In this document: piece after piece, positions 19,694 to 26,373 of the stretch | Layout: the number at the start of each line of letters is the position of its first letter | How positions within the stretch are numbered: the first letter of the stretch is position 1 | DNA from: Marispirochaeta sp. | GTDB lineage: Bacteria > Spirochaetota > Spirochaetia > JC444 > Marispirochaetaceae | Direction of reading: 5' to 3' | DNA length: 64,000 nucleotides | Assembly (NCBI GenBank): GCA_963676835.2 | Contig: CAXXFF010000002.1 | Location: 544,001-608,000 of the forward strand | The notes under the pieces: model-generated | Databases searched by the model: none | What the model was told of the DNA's origin: nothing | Seen by the model: the letters and a program-made list of their open reading frames with translations, nothing else | Position numbers and translations under genes: made by a program

Positions 19694-21223
19694 TCAGAGG
19701 GAAATATTCCATGGCAGCAATTTTTCCCAGTTATCAGATTCATTCATGAGTGGAGCTTCCTCAAAAACGCGTCTCAGGTAGTCGTTCGGGTTCACATTAT
19801 TTTGTTTGGCTGTCTCAATCAGTGAATACATGGCACAGGAACTTTCAGCCCCCTTTGGACTACCGGAAAATAACCAGTTCTTTCGGCCCAGCACAAATGG
19901 CCGGATGGCCTGCTCCGCGCTATTGTTGTCCGGCGTCAGATAAGGCGAATCAAGGTAGTGTACCAGTTTCTCCCATTCGTTCAAGGTGTACTGAATTGCT
20001 TTCCCAAGCAATAACGAAGGAGGAACCTGCTGACTGCGTTTTTCAAGCCAGGTTCTAAACTTCTGCAAAACCGGTTCCGCCTGAGATTTGCGCTGGTCAA
20101 CAAACTGGTCTTCGGGCAATTCCATACTGCGAAGACGCTCTTCAATCCCATACAGTTTCCTGATGGCATTCAATGCTTCCTGTGCACTTGCTGCTTTCTT
20201 CGAGGCCTTTGCAGCTTCATGAAACTTTCGCCGAACATGGGCCATGCAGCCGACATGGACTATCTGTTCATTCCCCGCCAGGGCTGTACGATACGCATCA
20301 TAGCCGTCAGTCTGTAAAAAGCCGCTGAATCCATCGAGAAGTTCTTTAATATGTCGGGACCCGCGGGTTTCCCGGTATGAGTAAAGCAATCCCGGGTTTT
20401 CCGGAGGGCCGCCGCGGGCAAGCCACATATAGGATTTCGCCGTGTCTGGGCGTTCCGGTTCTCCGTGTACCTGGACCGGGGTTTCATCCATGTTGATGAC
20501 CGGCCCTGACCGGATATGCATTTTCAGAGTCTCAATTAAAGGTTCAATCTTTTCATACGTCATCTGCTGCCAGTTGCTCATGTTCTGACGGCTTATGTGG
20601 ATGCCGATCCGCTCAAATCGTTTCTCCTGCCGGTAATAGGGCAGATGATCTACAAATTTATTCACTATGATGAAGGAGAGCAATCCAGGCGTTACAATGC
20701 TTTTAGGGATGATACTTGCAGGGGGGGCAGCAACCCTTACTGCCGGCTTCTCTTCATCCCCGGAGCCTTCACAGTTCTTGCAGGCATACTTGGGACGGAT
20801 AATCAGTTCTACCCACATCTTCGGGGGGATTACCTGTAAGCGCTCGCTGGTCTCTTCGCCGATACGAACCAGCGCATGGCCGCAGGCACACTGTTTTTCA
20901 TCTTCGGGAATATCAATGATGATCTCTTCCCGGGGAAGGCTTTCATCAATTGGTTTTCTGCCGGATTTCTTGCGGGGATGGGACTGAACTGGTACGGAAG
21001 TCTCTGATGCATCGTTCTCCGAAGTACCATTCTCTTCAAGCCCGAACAACAGCGGTTGATACTCATCCTGTTGTTCTTTTTCACTTTTACGGCCAAATTT
21101 CTGAAGAAGAAGCAACTTGTACTGCTCCTCCAAGGCACCGTAGCGATGTTCCCAGGAACTGTTTGCTGTCTCAAGAGAGTGAATGTAGTCTTGTACTTCC
21201 TTCGGAAGGGCTGCAACATCCAT
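19694..21223 (-). CDS. tnpC: IS66 transposase TnpC (copy B)
   Basis: Near-identical to 17533-19053 with a different N-terminus. Confidence 0.95.
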   Translation of the reverse strand: MDVAALPKEVQDYIHSLETANSSWEHRYGALEEQYKLLLLQKFGRKSEKEQQDEYQPLLFGLEENGTSENDASETSVPVQSHPRKKSGRKPIDESLPREEIIIDIPEDEKQCACGHALVRIGEETSERLQVIPPKMWVELIIRPKYACKNCEGSGDEEKPAVRVAAPPASIIPKSIVTPGLLSFIIVNKFVDHLPYYRQEKRFERIGIHISRQNMSNWQQMTYEKIEPLIETLKMHIRSGPVINMDETPVQVHGEPERPDTAKSYMWLARGGPPENPGLLYSYRETRGSRHIKELLDGFSGFLQTDGYDAYRTALAGNEQIVHVGCMAHVRRKFHEAAKASKKAASAQEALNAIRKLYGIEERLRSMELPEDQFVDQRKSQAEPVLQKFRTWLEKRSQQVPPSLLLGKAIQYTLNEWEKLVHYLDSPYLTPDNNSAEQAIRPFVLGRKNWLFSGSPKGAESSCAMYSLIETAKQNNVNPNDYLRRVFEEAPLMNESDNWEKLLPWNISL

Positions 21224-21285
21224 ACTGAAAAAAATTCTAGCATACAGCTCTTTCTCTGTAAATTCCTTTACACCATTAAAATGCT

Positions 21286-21633
21286 TTAAGAAACACGGGA
21301 ATATTCCAAAGTAGTATGTTCATTCCAGAAATCGATGCCTTTCAACAGCATCGATAGCTGTTCCGGGGTAATGGCAAGAGCATCTTCTTCAGTTACGGGC
21401 CAGGGGAATTTATGCTTTTCCAGTTTCTTCTGCCACAGGCAGAAACCATTCCGGTCCCAATACAATGCCTTCATGATTCGTCGTTCGCGGTTGCAGAACA
21501 GAAACAGATTGCCGCTTAACGGATTTTCATTCATATAGTCCTGCACCATGACAACTAAGCCGTTGATTGCTTTACGCATATCAGTGATGCCTGGCCGGAT
21601 AAATATCTGTACGGCTGATAAATCTGGGGTCAT
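21286..21633 (-). CDS. tnpB: IS66 TnpB (copy B)
   Basis: As copy A. Confidence 0.95.
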   Translation of the reverse strand: MTPDLSAVQIFIRPGITDMRKAINGLVVMVQDYMNENPLSGNLFLFCNRERRIMKALYWDRNGFCLWQKKLEKHKFPWPVTEEDALAITPEQLSMLLKGIDFWNEHTTLEYSRVS

Positions 21634-21959
21634 TCATAAACCCTCAAGGCTGTTAATACTGCTTTTAGCTGGTCATGATTTGCTGTTACCGGCAGAGTAA
21701 TAACAATATCGTGCAACTTTATGGTTATGGTTTCTTTTTCGGATAAATGATGAAAAGAGCTTTTTACTGGTATGAACCGGGCTGCTGCTGTTTCAGAGCC
21801 TATTCCGGTTTGTACGGCACGTTTCCTTTCGGCTTTTTTCCAGCTGTAAAACGTTGTGGGTGGTATTTCGTGCTGCCGGCAATACTCCTGCCCGCTTAAC
21901 CCGCTTTTTTCCCAATTTCTAAGATGTTCACACTGCTGTTCCCGGTTATATTTGACCAT
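21630..21959 (-). CDS. tnpA: IS66 TnpA (copy B)
   Basis: WEKSGLSGQEYCRQHEIPPTTFYSW HTH; ATGA overlap with tnpB. Confidence 0.9.
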   Translation of the reverse strand: MVKYNREQQCEHLRNWEKSGLSGQEYCRQHEIPPTTFYSWKKAERKRAVQTGIGSETAAARFIPVKSSFHHLSEKETITIKLHDIVITLPVTANHDQLKAVLTALRVYE

Positions 21960-22042
21960 GCGATTCCTCCATTAAGGGAGGATTGTAGGGCATTCATTGA
22001 TGTCGGCATAAGGTGGGGTTTAATTGACGGTTACTTTCCTTT

Positions 22043-22172
22043 CGGCTTTTTTCCAGCTGTAAAATGTTGTGGGTGTTATTTCGTGCTGCCGGCAATACTC
22101 CTGCCCGCTTAACCCACTTTTTTCCCAATTTCTAAGATGTTCACACTGCTGTTCCCGATTATATTTGACCAT
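22043..22172 (-). pseudogene. tnpA: 5' part of interrupted copy-A tnpA
   Basis: Duplicates 21830-21959 with a few substitutions. Confidence 0.85.
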
Positions 22173-22232
22173 GCGATTCCTCCATTAAGGGAGGATTGTA
22201 GGGCATTCATTGATGTCGGCATAAGGTGGGGT

Positions 22233-22652
22233 TTAATTGACGGTTACGTTTGACTCTTGCACCCAGTTTTCAATGATCAGTTTGGGTACTCTCTCAAATT
22301 CCTTTACATTATTTGTAACAAGACATAAGTTTCTTGTTACACACTGTGCGGCTATTTGGAGATCATATGGCCCAATTGGGGTACCTAATTTATTTAGATA
22401 AGCACGTATATACCCGAAGTTCTCAGCGTCTAATTCACTAAAAGGGATAATTTCAAAAGGAGACAGAAATCCATATAGTAATTCCCTATTTCGATCAGGA
22501 TATAAACTTTTTGCTATTCCATACTCCAGTTCAGCTATAGTAATTGAAGAAAGAGCAATATTAAACAACTCTTCATCCTCTATCCTGATTTGAAGTTCGG
22601 GATATTTCTTTTTCATTAAATAAATACAAATATTTGTATCAAGTAAATACAC
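22233..22652 (-). CDS. vapC: VapC PIN-domain toxin (last residues now supplied by the IS66 end)
   Basis: YLLDTNICIY, ITIAELEYG, GTPIGPYDLQIAA, LVTNNVKEFERV. Confidence 0.93.
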   Translation of the reverse strand: MYLLDTNICIYLMKKKYPELQIRIEDEELFNIALSSITIAELEYGIAKSLYPDRNRELLYGFLSPFEIIPFSELDAENFGYIRAYLNKLGTPIGPYDLQIAAQCVTRNLCLVTNNVKEFERVPKLIIENWVQESNVTVN

Positions 22653-22882
22653 TATATACTTTCCCGTTCTTGCATTTCGGGCTGCTCTCTCCCTTCCGAG
22701 AATAAATCATCGGAAAACATATTTATACTATTTCTAAAAGAAGACCATAAATCATCTTTTGAAGTTAGAATAATAGAGCTTCCTACTTTATGTATAAGGA
22801 GCTCCGAATCAGAAATCGCATATTCTTTTGGGATTCTAATAGCTTGGCTATTGCCACTTCGGAATACTTTTACCGTTTGCAT
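22652..22882 (-). CDS. vapB: VapB antitoxin (AbrB/MazE fold)
   Basis: KVFRSGNSQAIRIPKEY, REQP...QERE. Confidence 0.92.
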   Translation of the reverse strand: MQTVKVFRSGNSQAIRIPKEYAISDSELLIHKVGSSIILTSKDDLWSSFRNSINMFSDDLFSEGREQPEMQERESI

Positions 22883-22902
22883 ATTTTATGCCTCCTGCAT
22901 CA

Positions 22903-22931
22903 AGTATATACCTATGTGTATACATTTTCAA
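22903..22931 (-). promoter_or_regulatory. vapBC promoter
   Basis: TTGAAA-17-TATACT on the minus strand, followed by an AGGAGG RBS. Confidence 0.65.
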
Positions 22932-22946
22932 GAGTCAAATGACATA

Positions 22947-23035
22947 TAACGTCCCGGGGTTATGTGACGTACGGCGTAAGCCGTATGTGGCGCAGCCCGA
23001 GGAGCGTATAGCGACGAAGCACATAGCCCCTGTTA
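22947..23035. repeat. attC-like site S6
   Basis: TAAC-GTCCC-GGGGTTATGTG...CACATAGCCCC-T-GTTA. Confidence 0.88.
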
Positions 23036-23052
23036 TACGACGTTTCATATAT

Positions 23053-23460
23053 CTACCTTTGAGCAATTATTTCTTTTACAAACTCTTTTGAAAAATCGTA
23101 TTGCTCAGAGTTTTCCACCTCAAATTTTATATTATATCCTTCCGAATATTTTCTGGCGGTTGATACCATTTCTTTATATTTTACCATATCCTCTTTAGAC
23201 TCAAAATATTCTTTTTCATTTTTTCTAATAGCCATACTCAGAATAAAGGAATCGTTCAACGGAATAAAATAGTAAAGTGCTTTTTTCTTATCTTCTACTT
23301 TTTCCATCCAGCCACTCGATCTTGAATGATTCCAGGTGTGTTGAAAATCTTTTGTCAATTTATTTAAATCTTGATAATATTCGGAAACAACACCGAGTGC
23401 TTCATTTATTTTTTCGTTTGTAGGTTCATTCGATTTTTCTTTAAACGGTCTTTCACTCAC
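23053..23460 (-). CDS. DUF3788-like protein (cassette gene)
   Basis: EPTNEKINEALG...WNHSRSSGW...KKKALYY...KYSEG. Confidence 0.7.
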   Translation of the reverse strand: MSERPFKEKSNEPTNEKINEALGVVSEYYQDLNKLTKDFQHTWNHSRSSGWMEKVEDKKKALYYFIPLNDSFILSMAIRKNEKEYFESKEDMVKYKEMVSTARKYSEGYNIKFEVENSEQYDFSKEFVKEIIAQR

Positions 23461-23494
23461 TTTTTACTCCATTTTAGATATGTGATATGTCGTA

Positions 23495-23634
23495 TAACGT
23501 GATGCGAATATGCGAAGATATTCGCTGAAATTATACTATCATGTTTGTCCATTAGAACAAACATGATTTTTGTAAAATGCAAGAGCGGATATTTTGAGCG
23601 AAGGCTGAAAGCCGTAGCCGCATATTCGCAGTTA
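23495..23634. repeat. attC-like site S5
   Basis: TAAC-GTGAT-GCGAATATGCG...CGCATATTCGC-A-GTTA. Confidence 0.88.
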
Positions 23635-23659
23635 GTAGAAGTGTTTAATTTTTTTATAA

Positions 23660-24112
23660 CTATAATTCGTTTGTTCTACCAAAAGCAAAAGTTGCTTTTG
23701 ATGTGTATTTTGCAGAAAACCCTTTCATTTCTGAATCCATGGCTTGATCTAACATTATTATTGCATTTGCACCTTTTGTTTTAGCATAATCCTTCAATAA
23801 TTTATAATACTCAGAAGCATCTGGTTGCTTATAATTCATATTGAACCCTGATAATTTGTTCGTTGTATTTATTGTGATCATTCCAATTTGATTGTATTTA
23901 AAAGAAGGTGGTATTAACATATTAGAATGATATGCAACGGCTGAATCAACCGCTAATGCAGGATAAACTTTACCTGTTGGTATATACAATTCTTCTAAAT
24001 CAGTCATTGTATAATCTGATACATTACTTTTTTCTTTGTTTGTAGATGTTGTTACACATCCCAATAATGTTAATAAAAGTACTAAAATTAAAATTAACTT
24101 TCTCATGGTCAC
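23660..24112 (-). CDS. Putative lipoprotein (cassette gene)
   Basis: MRKLILILVLLLTLLGC lipobox; AKTKGANAII. Confidence 0.75.
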   Translation of the reverse strand: MTMRKLILILVLLLTLLGCVTTSTNKEKSNVSDYTMTDLEELYIPTGKVYPALAVDSAVAYHSNMLIPPSFKYNQIGMITINTTNKLSGFNMNYKQPDASEYYKLLKDYAKTKGANAIIMLDQAMDSEMKGFSAKYTSKATFAFGRTNEL

Positions 24113-24188
24113 TCCTTAATTATTAATAAATTATTTATAGCAAAATTTCTTCTTAAAATCAATATTCTATAATTTTAAACACTTCTAC

Positions 24189-24442
24189 TAACGTTCCGCG
24201 AATATATGAATTTTCTATCAAAAACACGGGTTTATTTTCAATATAACGCCGTTTTCTGCTGCAGACCGTGAAATTGGCGCAGAATGTGCGTAAGCAGATT
24301 CTGTGACAATAGGGCTGACAGTAGCAAAACATGGTTATATTGTCGTTTATTATAGCATGTAAATTGTTTATTTCGGAACCAATTCTTTTTGATAGAAATT
24401 TGGCGAAGCCCGGAGCGAAGCGGAGCATATCATTCGCTGTAA
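24189..24442. repeat. attC-like site S4 (254 bp, right core reads GTAA)
   Basis: TAAC-GTTCC-GCGAATATATG...CATATCATTCGC-T-GTAA. Confidence 0.8.
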
Positions 24443-24473
24443 AACGAAGTTTTCTTGGGGGCGCGTACAATAA

Positions 24474-24890
24474 TTAATGCTGATGTACGAAGCTGTTAAT
24501 AAAATTTCCATCCATATCAAAAACAATGTCGAATGTATCAGGATCAATTCCATACCCAGTCCACCAACCTATTGAATATAATAATATATCTCTCTCTTCT
24601 TCATAATCATTGATAAAGGCATCCTCTGGTTCTCCTAAGAGTTCAATTGTTTCTAGTTTATTTAATTTTTTCTCATTCAAAATACTTTGTAGTGATTCTA
24701 CCATTTTCCCGCGATCATTATCGGTGCCCCAGTTTCCAGCATTTTCCTTCCAAACCACTTCATTAAAAGGGAGATCATCGAAAATATTTCCACCTTTTGC
24801 AATGTAGGAGACACAACTAGAAAAAATTAGAGTTGCGAAGAATATCAGAAAAACTGAAATGTTGTTCCTATGCGTAAAGATCGTTTTCAT
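24474..24890 (-). CDS. Putative lipoprotein (cassette gene)
   Basis: LIFSSC lipobox; RGKMVESL...ELLGEPE. Confidence 0.75.
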   Translation of the reverse strand: MKTIFTHRNNISVFLIFFATLIFSSCVSYIAKGGNIFDDLPFNEVVWKENAGNWGTDNDRGKMVESLQSILNEKKLNKLETIELLGEPEDAFINDYEEERDILLYSIGWWTGYGIDPDTFDIVFDMDGNFINSFVHQH

Positions 24891-24921
24891 TTTGAAAAAT
24901 ATCCCCCAAGAAAATTTTGTT

Positions 24922-25006
24922 TAACGTTCTGACAATATATGAAGTCTACCACGGAGTGGGAGATTTGGCGAAGCCCGAAGCGAAGCGGAGCATATATTGT
25001 CTGTTA
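24922..25006. repeat. attC-like site S3
   Basis: TAAC-GTTCT-GACAATATATG...CATATATTGTC-T-GTTA. Confidence 0.9.
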
Positions 25007-25063
25007 GAAGTAGTTACATCCTGCCATTGCATAATAAATAAACCGAAAGGAAAACACTAAGAT

Positions 25064-25531
25064 TTAATACAGTGGTTCAAACTGCTTATTCTCGGGATTC
25101 CAGAAATATACACGAGCATTATTAATGAAGTTTTTCCCTTCATTTGTGTAGACTGATAACTTTAAAGTTATATCGTCTCCTATTTCAATTTTATACCCAT
25201 AGAAGACTGAATCTCGACGCATTGGCACTTTGTGAGGATCTTTGCTCCAATAGTCTGTAATCATCTCTTTCTCAATTCTAAAAACTTCATGAATAGATCT
25301 GGAGCTCGTAGAAAGGATTAGCATTTGGTCAAAAAAAGTTTGACTATCGTCAATGTAGTGGAATCCGAAATATAAACCCTGAGGTTCGAAGGAGGTGATA
25401 ATGAACTCTTTTTCATTAAAAAAAGATTTCATTTCATCGTCAATTGACTCAGAGAATGAAAAATATGAAAAACCTAAAAGAAAAACTAGCGTGATGAAAT
25501 ATTTTTTTGACATGTACATCTCCATAACCAA
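25064..25531 (-). CDS. Hypothetical exported protein (cassette gene)
   Basis: Signal-peptide-like MSKKYFITLVFLLGFSYFSFS. Confidence 0.7.
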   Translation of the reverse strand: MVMEMYMSKKYFITLVFLLGFSYFSFSESIDDEMKSFFNEKEFIITSFEPQGLYFGFHYIDDSQTFFDQMLILSTSSRSIHEVFRIEKEMITDYWSKDPHKVPMRRDSVFYGYKIEIGDDITLKLSVYTNEGKNFINNARVYFWNPENKQFEPLY

Positions 25532-25553
25532 TTGAAAAGGATGTAATTACTTC

Positions 25554-25637
25554 TAACGTTCCGGGTTTATATGACGTTTTTGCAACGCAAAAATGTGGCG
25601 TAGCCCAAGCCGAAGGCGCAGCATATAAACCCTGTTA
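25554..25637. repeat. attC-like site S2
   Basis: TAAC-GTTCC-GGGTTTATATG...CATATAAACCC-T-GTTA. Confidence 0.9.
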
Positions 25638-25660
25638 TACGATGGTTTTTGGTTCAGTTG

Positions 25661-25975
25661 TCAGGCCTTCTGAATTTTCCAAACTGAATCCTTTAATTCC
25701 CTATATGCTTCCATACCAGGACTGAGATCAGAAATATCATTTATTGATGAATCAATATTCAAAGCTTCTTGCATACTGATCACACGGCCATCTTCTGTAT
25801 TATTAGTTGTTCCACAAAAAAATCCCCAAGAATGATCATCCTCATAGTGCACAACTTTTAAAATGGGATATCCTTCTTCAAGCACTTGCTTTGTGGTAAT
25901 TGCAGCAGTATTTGGCGATTGATCAAAATTCCATTTATCCATCAGCATACCATTTCTATAAAATAAGTTTTCCAA
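25661..25975 (-). CDS. DUF2185/Imm33-like small protein (cassette gene)
   Basis: AAITTKQVLEEGYPILKVVHYEDDHSWGFFCG...IDSSINDISDL. Confidence 0.7.
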   Translation of the reverse strand: MENLFYRNGMLMDKWNFDQSPNTAAITTKQVLEEGYPILKVVHYEDDHSWGFFCGTTNNTEDGRVISMQEALNIDSSINDISDLSPGMEAYRELKDSVWKIQKA

Positions 25976-25986
25976 AAACTATCGTA

Positions 25987-26131
25987 TAACGTCTCGCCAA
26001 TATGCGAAGTTGCCTGGCACCCCATCGGGGTTGATAAATGCTGGGAAAATTGTAGCACGGTTTTTCCGGCATTTGTCAAAGGCAATTTGGGTGCAGTGAG
26101 CAAAGCGAACGGAACCGCATATTGGCTGTTA
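25987..26131. repeat. attC-like site S1
   Basis: TAAC-GTCTC-GCCAATATGCG...CGCATATTGGC-T-GTTA. Confidence 0.9.
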
Positions 26132-26336
26132 TGCGAAGGAATCAGACTTTTATTCCTGCTCACACCAGCGTCGTTCTTGCCGGGTGCGACTGCACCTTAA
26201 TGAAGCCTTCCACTTGGACGGTCTTTATTACGCATTGCGTATTAATTCCCGGCCCGCGCAACTCTTTAAAAAGCAGGAATTACGACACCATTTTTAATGG
26301 TGCGACTATATATCCCCACTGATTCTTTCGCATAAC
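26128..26336. other. ORF-less structured first cassette
   Basis: Bounded by an 18-bp inverted repeat like the other cassettes; no fitting ORF; several internal inverted repeats. Confidence 0.7.
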
Positions 26337-26352
26337 TACACTTATCCGCATT
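26325..26352. other. Candidate attI-like insertion site (11-6-11 core)
   Basis: CTTTCGCATAA-CTACAC-TTATCCGCATT; last TAAC of the array, not followed by a site body, adjacent to the integrase 5' end. Confidence 0.65.
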
Positions 26353-26373
26353 GTACATTAAGTTCCCCATTAT

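Larger units (their letters stand above)
19659..22034 (-). mobile_element. IS66-family element (inner copy B, intact)
   Basis: Same IRs; 8-bp target duplication TTTCCTTT (19651-19658, 22035-22042). Confidence 0.95.
17498..22247 (-). mobile_element. IS66-family element (outer copy A), carrying a second IS66 inside its tnpA
   Basis: IRs GTAACCGTCAATTAAACC / GGTTTAATTGACGGTTAC; 8-bp target duplication GTTTGACT (17490-17497, 22248-22255). Confidence 0.93.

Noticed and set aside
19115..21633. IS66 TnpB as an RNA-guided TnpB nuclease
   Set aside because: These are 115-aa IS66 accessory proteins, unrelated to IS200/IS605 RuvC TnpB.
24159..24470. 103-aa ORF (also 16586-16885, 22888-23091, 23545-23784 and 25942-26163)
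   Set aside because: They run across the palindromic recombination sites and have no protein-like features; treated as spurious.
16034..26131. CRISPR array interpretation of the recurring intergenic repeats
   Set aside because: Repeats vary in sequence and length (68-254 bp), are separated by whole genes, and no cas genes are present.
26325..26352. Chromosomal dif site
   Set aside because: The right arm lacks the TTATGTTAAAT XerD consensus and the window appears origin-proximal.
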